Below are positions 56,885 through 64,000 of a stretch of 64,000 nucleotides of DNA, piece by piece. The notes under the pieces were generated by a model. That model saw nothing but the letters and a program-made list of their open reading frames with translations, did no database searches and was not told the DNA's origin. The translations under genes and the position numbers were made by a program. How positions within the stretch are numbered: position 1 is the stretch's first letter; each line of letters starts with the position of its first letter. The DNA is from an uncultured Clostridia bacterium (GTDB lineage Bacteria; Bacillota; Clostridia; Christensenellales; UBA1242), in contig CALWEJ010000002.1 in NCBI GenBank assembly GCA_944377165.1, positions 2,912-66,911 on the forward strand, read 5' to 3'.

Positions 56885-58807
56885 TTAATTAATAGTGGCT
56901 GTTGTAGAATTTATTTTTGTAGTGTATTTAATTACTTTAATTTTAGCTTTTGCGTCTTCTACTAACACATCTTCGTAATCAGTATAACCAGTATTTGAAG
57001 TATATACTTCGTCATTAGTTGCTGGGTAAACAAGGTCAAATAACATATCAAAATATGTTTCTTTAGTAAGCGGATTTAAGATTGTTGTGTATAGATTTGT
57101 TCCGTTTAGGTTGTCAAATTGTTGAATGTAAACATTATTTTCGTCGTTAATAGCATTTACTTCGCTCACGTCACCGATATAGTAAATGAAGTGAATTCCA
57201 TATTCAGTAATGCAATAACCTGTTTCTCTTGGATTACTCATACGATTAGATAATGTTCCGTCCTTAATTCCGTCCATTAAGTTAAGTGCTTCGTTAGTGA
57301 AATTTTCAACCATTGAACTATAGCCATTGTTTCCTACGACGTAAGGCATACCGCTAGATAGTGTTGCAGTGTCGCCAGTGTATTTAAACATAAATTGTAT
57401 GAAGTCGTATAATTGTGTAGTTTTATCTGAAGTATTGTAAATTTCATAATATTCAGATATAACTTCACTTAATGGAACTTCAGTGTCTGTAAGTAATCCT
57501 GTTTCAGTGTCACGAAGATATACAAATGTTCTATTTGCAATTTCATTAAAGCGCGCATCATATTCTTCTTCGTCTATTGTGCCGTATTTTAATAATTGGT
57601 CTAATTGAGCAATTTCTTCTGTTTGGCTAAGTGGCTTTTCTTCACCATTATTTTCAGTGTTAGTGTCTTCTTCGTCTTCATTATCAGTGAAGTTTAATAG
57701 GACGTGTACGAAATAACCAAATTCAGTGCCGTCTGTACTTTCTGGGTGATAGAAAATAGTATCAGCTTTAGTACCTATTTTTTTCATATCGTTTGCGTAT
57801 GTTTTGTAGTGATTAGTGTATTTATCTTTATCAGCTTGAACAAGTGAACTATATGCAGAAGTAAGTTTGTCAATTGATAATGTTTCATTCTCTAAATAAT
57901 ATGTGCGAATGTTTGTAAGGTATTGAGATTTGATTTGAGAAGTGAAATTTCTTTCGAAATATCTATAAATTAAATCGTTTGTGACAGTATTGTAAGGTTT
58001 ATTGTTTGAATCTCTAAGATAGTATTCATAATCAATTAAATCTTTTGCAAAAAGTTCAATTGATTTGTTATAAATTTCGTTAGCCTTTTCTTCTTCAGTT
58101 AGACTATATTTGAAATTCTCTAAATATTTGTTTACGATTTCTTCAACTGTGTTTCGTAGTGTGCTGTTTTCGACTTTGCCGTCTAACGAATCGCTAACAT
58201 AATTATTTAAAATAGTTTGGTCTATAACGTATGAATCGATTGTTTCATCTTCCGTTTTATACACAATTTTACTCGTAGTAGTGTAGAACGAAGTAGGGGT
58301 ATTTGACACTGTAGTCATTGTGCCGTCTGTATAATAAATTCGTTCACTTACAACTTCTGCACGTCTTGAGTAGATATAATCTTTGTAAAGGTAAGAGTCT
58401 TCTTCTTCGCTTGAATCTTCTTCCGCTACGTCAATTTTTAATATAGTTTTAGCAGAAGTGACGTATTCGTCCATTTGTTCGTCAATAGAATCGAATAAAT
58501 CTTTAATAAGTGTATTTACTTGATATTCAGTTAAAGAATATCTTGAATCTCCTAGGGCACTTTGATATAAAAGTTCGCGGTCAATCAGGAAATCAAGAGT
58601 GCTATTCATTGCATTGTCTGAAAAACTAGAACTGCCGTAGCTATTATATGCGCTTAGAAGTTCGAATCTAGTTATATTAGTGTCGCCAACCTTTGCGACA
58701 ACTTCGTTATAGTATTTAACCCTGTCAATTGAAAAACCTGCACAACCGCTTAAGCCAAATGCGATTATCATTAAACAGCAGATTAATAAAGTAGTAAATT
58801 TTTTCAT
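56885..58807 (-). CDS. Large lipoprotein, possibly SurA/PrsA-like chaperone
   Basis: MKKFTTLLICCLMIIAFGLSGC lipobox. VAKVGDTNITRFELLSAY resembles a SurA N-terminal domain; functional assignment is weak. I chose the start at the ATG at 58807. Confidence 0.55.
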   Translation of the reverse strand: MKKFTTLLICCLMIIAFGLSGCAGFSIDRVKYYNEVVAKVGDTNITRFELLSAYNSYGSSSFSDNAMNSTLDFLIDRELLYQSALGDSRYSLTEYQVNTLIKDLFDSIDEQMDEYVTSAKTILKIDVAEEDSSEEEDSYLYKDYIYSRRAEVVSERIYYTDGTMTTVSNTPTSFYTTTSKIVYKTEDETIDSYVIDQTILNNYVSDSLDGKVENSTLRNTVEEIVNKYLENFKYSLTEEEKANEIYNKSIELFAKDLIDYEYYLRDSNNKPYNTVTNDLIYRYFERNFTSQIKSQYLTNIRTYYLENETLSIDKLTSAYSSLVQADKDKYTNHYKTYANDMKKIGTKADTIFYHPESTDGTEFGYFVHVLLNFTDNEDEEDTNTENNGEEKPLSQTEEIAQLDQLLKYGTIDEEEYDARFNEIANRTFVYLRDTETGLLTDTEVPLSEVISEYYEIYNTSDKTTQLYDFIQFMFKYTGDTATLSSGMPYVVGNNGYSSMVENFTNEALNLMDGIKDGTLSNRMSNPRETGYCITEYGIHFIYYIGDVSEVNAINDENNVYIQQFDNLNGTNLYTTILNPLTKETYFDMLFDLVYPATNDEVYTSNTGYTDYEDVLVEDAKAKIKVIKYTTKINSTTATIN

Positions 58808-58936
58808 TAATAGTATTCCTTTGATGCTAAATATAGTCGTACTAAAGTGCATTTAGTACATTAAATTATTTACAATTATAATATATATTATAACAAAAAG
58901 CAACTAATTGAATAATCCTTTCTCTAAGTTAGCGGA

Positions 58937-61900
58937 CTACTTAGTTGAATCTAAGAAAAATTCTAATATATACTTAGTGGCAGTTAGTGGACTAAACGTT
59001 AGCGGAGAGAGTGTAATAGTAGGTAAAGCACCATTTTCGAATTTAAAATGAGAAAATTTCCTTACTTTATCTATAATTTCACTTACATTTGCTTCTTCGT
59101 AATAAGTTATAGCAATGCGCGACTTTGTAATTGTTATGCTTTTTACTTTGTTCGCCTGAGCTAAGGATTTAATCAAAGTTATATTTGCGAGATTGTATAT
59201 TTCGTTAGGAAGTTTGCCGTATTGAGTTATCAATTCACCTATACAGTTCCTTAATGTATCTTTATCCACAATATTAGAGATTTTAGCAATAATTTTTAAT
59301 CGTTCGCTCTCGTCCTCTATGAATGAATACGGAATTTTTGAAGGTATGGCAATATCTAACTTGATATCTTTAATTTCTTCTACATTTTCGCCATTTAAAC
59401 GACGTAAAGTGTCATTCAAAAGCTTCATATACATATCATAACCTATTTTTACCATATGTCCGTGCTGTACTTTTCCTAATAATTCGCCTGCCCCACGTAT
59501 TGTCAAGTCGCGCATAGCAATTTTAAATCCGCTACCTAATTCAGTGTTCTCAGCGATAGCCTGCAACCTATTAGCCGAATCTTCGGATAGTACCTTTCCT
59601 TTCTTGTAAGTAAAATATGCATAAGCTTGCTCAGTGCTTCGACCTACGCGCCCACGTAATTGATACATTTGACTAAGTCCGAGTTTGTCCGAATCTAGTA
59701 CGATAAGCGTATTAGCTTTAGGTAAATCGACGCCATTTTCAATTAGTGTTGTAGATACAAATATATTTGTTTCTCCGTCGTACAGACGTTTAACTGCATT
59801 TTCTAGTGATACCTCGCCCATCTGCCCGTGCGCAACATCAATTCGTGCGTTTTCGTTATTTAATTTGCTTTTCAAACTTTCTGCAAATTTATAGAGTTCT
59901 TCAATGTTATTATACACAATCAAAACTTGTCCACCGCGCTTAAGTTCATCGTTAATCGCAGGTAAAATAATTTCATCTTGATAAGGGGTCACATATGTTT
60001 TAATTGGAAGTCGGTTAATAGGTGGAGTATTAATTATACTAATATCACGTATGGACATAAGTGACATACTTAGTGTGCGCGGAATAGGGGTGGCGGAAAG
60101 CGTTAATACATCGACGTTGTTTTTTAATTGTTTTAATTTTTCTTTTGCTTTAACTCCGAATCGTTGCTCTTCATCTAAGATTAGTAAGCCTAAATCTTTA
60201 AACTTTACGTCCGCACTAAGCAGTCTATGCGTGCCACAAATGACGTTTATTTCGCCACTTTCTAGTTTTAAAAGTATTTCAGCCTGCTCGCTTTTTGACC
60301 TAAAGCGGTTTAGCATTTCTACCTTGACTCCAAAGTCGCGCGTTCGCTCGCTAGCGGTCATAAAGTGTTGCATACTAAGTACAGTAGTAGGTGCAAGCAT
60401 TGCAACTTGTTTTCCGTCTTCAACTGCTTTAAATAGCGCACGCATAGCGACTTCTGTCTTTCCGAATCCGACATCTCCACATATTAGCCTGTCCATAACT
60501 TTTCCGCTAATCATATCGCGCTTTACGTCCGCTATTGCTTGAAGTTGGTCACTTGTTTCTTTATACTTAAATGCGTTTTCAAATTCTGTGTATAAATAGT
60601 CGTCTTCACTGTATTTATACCCTTTAGCGGATTTGCGCTTAGCATATAATTCAATGAGCTCACGGCTCATATCTTCGATTGATTTAATTGCTTTTAGTTT
60701 TTGATTTAAGAATTCTTTTCCGCCTAACTTATTTAGTGTGACATTATCGCCGTCCGCCATATATAGTGATAGACAGTCAGCGCGCTCACACGGTACATAT
60801 AATGTGTCGCCACCGCGATATGTTAGTTTAAAGAACTCTTTATCGATCCCTGATACATTTACACTAACAACTCCTTCGCATTTTCCAATACCGTGAGTAG
60901 AGTGTACGACATATTCACCAGCCTTAGGTAAATATTTCACACTATTGCGAGTTGTTTTTGTTATAACTTTTTTATGCGCAAAATTCGTCGAACCAATGTA
61001 AAATTTATCTTCATCTTTAAAGCAAATGTTATATGGAATATTGAGAGTGGAAAGTATTATGCCGTGTGAATTTGTATTAGTCGTGTACGGAATAGTTAAT
61101 TCGTCAAATATCTTTTTAATTGAATTTAATGTATCGAGTGAGCCTAAACATAAATAAATTTGTTTATCTATGTAAGGCTGTAATACCGAATAAATGCTTT
61201 TCAAATCGCGTAGGAATGACGGTAAATTTACATAATTGAAATCTAGCGCAATGGGATTATTATTCTCAAATTTTTTAGATAAATCTATAGAATCAACTTC
61301 AAAATTTTCAAAAAATATTAATTTATTTGCATATTTTTCGTAAATTTTATCAATATTTTCATATTTTTTTGTATTTTCATATAAATTTTTTAATTTTTCG
61401 CTGTTAAATATATCGCTAATTTTATCTGAAAATTCATTATATAATTTATTAATTTGATTTTCTATTTGAATTGAATTAGAAAAAATTATTGGCAAGTTTA
61501 ATTCAATTAACGTTTGTGTTTCTATATACGGAACAAGGAATTCAATCGGAACATTTTCATTTCGCTCAATTTGCGATATTACATCTTGTAAAATATTTTC
61601 GTCATTTGCATATGAGTGCATTTTATTTACTAAATCGTCGCGTTCTCCGTCGTCTAAAATAAGTAAACTATTCGGACTTATTAATAGAGCATTTTGCTTT
61701 TCAATTTTTTCATACGTTAGTGGGTCAAAAGTATATATGTCATCTAAATTTGTGTCGAAAAAATCTAACCTAAATGGGAATTTTTCACTAGGTACAAATA
61801 TGTCTAAAATATCACCACGAAGTGAGTATTCACCTATGCTTTGAACGGCTTCAACTTTTGTATAGCCTAAACGTGTTAAATCTTTATTAAGTTTTGATAG

Positions 61901-62287
61901 GTCGTAATCCGAATGTAATTGGAGATTAATGAAATTCGTTCTGTATTTTTCTAGATTAGGGAAAATTGAGAATAATGCACGTGCGGTAGTAATGATAATA
62001 GATTTTTTAAATAAAAGATTATTAATTACAGATATCTGGTCATTAATATTCTCATTGCTTGAGTAAGTGAAAGGTGTAAACGGCTTGTCGAAATCGTCCA
62101 TCACTACGCAATCTTTGTTTAGTGAATCTAATTGTGATTTCATCTCGTGCGCTTTTTCTCTATCAGGCGCAATAAAAATAGCACTATCAACCTTTGATAG
62201 CAAAGCACCCTGTTCACCAAAACCTAAGTTGCTACAAAGTATTGGACGAGTCAGCAAATTCGATTTTATTTCGTCAAATCTTGACAT
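58937..62287 (-). CDS. mfd: Transcription-repair coupling factor
   Basis: CGDVGFGKTEVAMRA, LILDEEQRFGV and the CarD-like region HSTHGIGKCEG. 1116 aa. Downstream of pth, as in many Bacillota. Confidence 0.9.
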   Translation of the reverse strand: MSRFDEIKSNLLTRPILCSNLGFGEQGALLSKVDSAIFIAPDREKAHEMKSQLDSLNKDCVVMDDFDKPFTPFTYSSNENINDQISVINNLLFKKSIIITTARALFSIFPNLEKYRTNFINLQLHSDYDLSKLNKDLTRLGYTKVEAVQSIGEYSLRGDILDIFVPSEKFPFRLDFFDTNLDDIYTFDPLTYEKIEKQNALLISPNSLLILDDGERDDLVNKMHSYANDENILQDVISQIERNENVPIEFLVPYIETQTLIELNLPIIFSNSIQIENQINKLYNEFSDKISDIFNSEKLKNLYENTKKYENIDKIYEKYANKLIFFENFEVDSIDLSKKFENNNPIALDFNYVNLPSFLRDLKSIYSVLQPYIDKQIYLCLGSLDTLNSIKKIFDELTIPYTTNTNSHGIILSTLNIPYNICFKDEDKFYIGSTNFAHKKVITKTTRNSVKYLPKAGEYVVHSTHGIGKCEGVVSVNVSGIDKEFFKLTYRGGDTLYVPCERADCLSLYMADGDNVTLNKLGGKEFLNQKLKAIKSIEDMSRELIELYAKRKSAKGYKYSEDDYLYTEFENAFKYKETSDQLQAIADVKRDMISGKVMDRLICGDVGFGKTEVAMRALFKAVEDGKQVAMLAPTTVLSMQHFMTASERTRDFGVKVEMLNRFRSKSEQAEILLKLESGEINVICGTHRLLSADVKFKDLGLLILDEEQRFGVKAKEKLKQLKNNVDVLTLSATPIPRTLSMSLMSIRDISIINTPPINRLPIKTYVTPYQDEIILPAINDELKRGGQVLIVYNNIEELYKFAESLKSKLNNENARIDVAHGQMGEVSLENAVKRLYDGETNIFVSTTLIENGVDLPKANTLIVLDSDKLGLSQMYQLRGRVGRSTEQAYAYFTYKKGKVLSEDSANRLQAIAENTELGSGFKIAMRDLTIRGAGELLGKVQHGHMVKIGYDMYMKLLNDTLRRLNGENVEEIKDIKLDIAIPSKIPYSFIEDESERLKIIAKISNIVDKDTLRNCIGELITQYGKLPNEIYNLANITLIKSLAQANKVKSITITKSRIAITYYEEANVSEIIDKVRKFSHFKFENGALPTITLSPLTFSPLTATKYILEFFLDSTK

Positions 62288-62796
62288 AATTCACCATTAA
62301 TAAATTCACGTATGAGTTCACAAGCAGTTAAATATGAAGATTTCAAAATCTCATTGCTATTTTCGTCTATATGCGAAAGTACGTATTCAGCAAGGTCCAT
62401 ACTTTTATCTCTATCAATACCTATGCGAAGACGCGGAGTAGAACCAACTTTTGCTACAATGTCTCGTAGTCCGTTATGCGTGCCAGCGCTACCGCTTAAG
62501 CGAAAGCGCACTTTACCCTTAGGCATATCAATATCGTCAAGCACAATCAAAATATCGTCTAGCGATAGTTTAAAATATTTTTTTATTTCTAGTACACAAT
62601 TCCCGCTAAGATTCATATATGTTTGCGGTTTTACAAGGATAAAATCTTCACCTTTTGCTATGAGTCCTTGACATTTCTTTGTATCGAATTTAAGTCCATT
62701 TTGCTTAGCAAAAAGGTCAACAACGTTAAAACCTACGTTGTGATAAGTTGTCTTATATATTCCGTCTGGATTACCTAGTCCTATAATTGCTTTCAT
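62266..62796 (-). CDS. pth: Peptidyl-tRNA hydrolase
   Basis: MKAIIGLGNPDGIYKTTYHNVGF and GTHNGLRDI motifs. TGaTATAAT ends 6 nt upstream of the ATG, so the mRNA looks leaderless. Confidence 0.9.
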   Translation of the reverse strand: MKAIIGLGNPDGIYKTTYHNVGFNVVDLFAKQNGLKFDTKKCQGLIAKGEDFILVKPQTYMNLSGNCVLEIKKYFKLSLDDILIVLDDIDMPKGKVRFRLSGSAGTHNGLRDIVAKVGSTPRLRIGIDRDKSMDLAEYVLSHIDENSNEILKSSYLTACELIREFINGELCQDLTK

Positions 62797-62869
62797 ACTA
62801 TTATTATATCAAATTTTAAGATAAGTGCAAGATTAAAATAATAAAATTTTAAAATTTTTTATTTACATA

Positions 62870-62898
62870 TTGACAACATACATTTTTAATGGTAATAT
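62870..62898 (+). promoter_or_regulatory. Sigma-A promoter (TTGACA-17 nt-TGgTAATAT)
   Basis: TTGACA at 62870-75 and TAATAT at 62893-98, then RBS AAGGAG and the ATG at 62924. Confidence 0.6.
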
Positions 62899-62923
62899 TT
62901 CGACAAATAGGTAAGGAGCGAGT

Positions 62924-63754
62924 ATGGGAAATTTAGTCGGTTTAACTGCTAAAAGAAATCGCCGTGCGCAGAAAATTAAGACGGCTGAGCAAATAATTGA
63001 AGAAAATTTCCTTAATGCAGAAAAACAATTAACTGAAGAAGAGTTCTACGAGCGCTTAAATAATGAAAAATCTAATAATAAAGGACGCACGCGCTTAAAT
63101 AGAATTGAACGCAATTTAAGGAACGGTAGAACGGTGAAACCTTGTGGCAGAGAGTGTCATTCGTGGGGACATATGATAATTGCGACAAGTGACCATTCTT
63201 CTATGAAATATGCTAAGTCGCTCGTAAATGATAGAGAATTTTTGTTAAAAGCAGGACGTAAAACAGCTAGCCCGCGTAATTGTAAAAACTTCTTTTATGG
63301 CTACATTAATAAATATTTAAGAATGGACGAAAATTTTAGATTATCATTCTTACGCGCATTGTATCTAAATGATAACCTTTTCACTAGCGAAGATATAATG
63401 TGCTTTGTTGAAACCTTCCATTTTGAGAAAGAAAATAGAATTTTAACAAAAGATTATGAATTATTTACCGCTATAAAAGAAAAATTTAATGAATATTTTA
63501 CATCAATTCCTTTAAAATGGGATAATATCGACGAAAAGAACGCGGTTAGAAGGTACGTGAAATATAATAATAAAGTGAATAATGAATATGAAGAGCGATT
63601 AACGAGCCTTTTAAGTCTATTTAAGGATTTCTTTAAAGTGGAGAAAAAAGAAAAATCAAAACACTCAAAAGAATATGAAAACCCAATTGACGAAGACGAC
63701 GATTTAAAAGATTTCTATATAACAGACGACGGAAGTTGGCACGGATTTACTTAA
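62924..63754 (+). CDS. Hypothetical protein
   Basis: 276-aa ORF with a good RBS and promoter. No motif recognised. Confidence 0.6.
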   Translation: MGNLVGLTAKRNRRAQKIKTAEQIIEENFLNAEKQLTEEEFYERLNNEKSNNKGRTRLNRIERNLRNGRTVKPCGRECHSWGHMIIATSDHSSMKYAKSLVNDREFLLKAGRKTASPRNCKNFFYGYINKYLRMDENFRLSFLRALYLNDNLFTSEDIMCFVETFHFEKENRILTKDYELFTAIKEKFNEYFTSIPLKWDNIDEKNAVRRYVKYNNKVNNEYEERLTSLLSLFKDFFKVEKKEKSKHSKEYENPIDEDDDLKDFYITDDGSWHGFT

Positions 63755-63788
63755 AAAATAGCAATCGAAAGAGATTGCTATTTTTTTA
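63753..63788. terminator. Bidirectional terminator
   Basis: ATAGCAATC(63758-66)/GATTGCTAT(63773-81), with an A-run before and T7 after. Confidence 0.7.
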
Positions 63789-63822
63789 TATTAATAAATG
63801 CTAGTTTGTCTAATAAATTTCC

Positions 63823-64000
63823 TTAAATTTTATCTAATTCGTCTGAAATTTGTTTTTTATCTATATGTTGACCTATGAAAACTAGTTTTATCATTCTATC
63901 GCCGTACTTTTCGTCCCAATCTTTTCTAAACTTTTCGTCATTTAAAAGCATTTGTTCTATTTGATAGCGTGGGTAAGTCGCAAGCCAAGGTCCGTTGTTA
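63823..64000 (-). CDS. 3' end of a CobW/COG0523-family GTPase gene (C-terminal domain); the start lies right of the window
   Basis: Manual translation of the minus strand gives NNGPWLATYPRYQIEQMLLNDEKFRKDWDEKYGDRMIKLVFIGQHIDKKQISDELDKI*, the pattern of CobW C-terminal domains. It is absent from the ORF track because it has no Met in the window. Confidence 0.5.
   Translation of the reverse strand, partial: NNGPWLATYPRYQIEQMLLNDEKFRKDWDEKYGDRMIKLVFIGQHIDKKQISDELDKI

Noticed and set aside
1-64000. Possibility of genetic code 4 (TGA = Trp), given the very low G+C and Mollicutes-like gene set
   Set aside because: Large conserved proteins (mfd, hsdR, ftsH, the P-type ATPase) are uninterrupted under the standard code. 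TGA also terminates ORFs at sensible positions, for example hsdS at 4730-4732.

Overview
AT-rich Bacillota-type chromosome segment read with the standard genetic code: long ORFs such as mfd, hsdR and ftsH are intact, and TGA is used as a stop. Nt 1-18652 is an accretion of integrative mobilizable elements in a tRNA-Thr(GGU) gene. A ~17.8 kb element (X, 743..18513) appears to be inserted in the anticodon loop of a tRNA-Thr carried by an older, related element (W), which runs off the left edge. Each element seems to supply a complete replacement tRNA-Thr rather than rebuilding the split target. X encodes a tyrosine integrase, an Xis-like HTH protein, a relaxase with an RHH accessory protein, and a wHTH protein. 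Its cargo is a Type I R-M locus (hsdM, two full hsdS, one half hsdS, an embedded tyrosine recombinase, hsdR), an upstream PD-(D/E)xK-like ORF, and an uncharacterised two-gene module next to the att site. Nt 18.7-64 kb is mostly core genome: two LPLAT acyltransferases, an MGDG-synthase-like glycosyltransferase, a long RSH (Rel), a Ca-type P-type ATPase, a FabG-like SDR, gltX, a ComEC-like MBL protein, uppP, ychF, tyrS, cvpA, ftsH, acpP, an M23 peptidase, a TasA-like protein, mfd, pth and a CobW-like C-terminus. This part also holds many hypothetical membrane or lipoproteins, a run of decayed genes (23.7-27.1 kb) and an inverted-repeat-flanked, frameshifted GNAT gene. The most unusual non-coding feature is a ~585 nt ORF-free, GC-enriched, hairpin-rich region (about 42960..43542) behind a near-consensus promoter. 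I interpret it as a large structured ncRNA of the ROOL/GOLLD/OLE size class, identity unverified. No rRNA genes or CRISPR arrays were seen.
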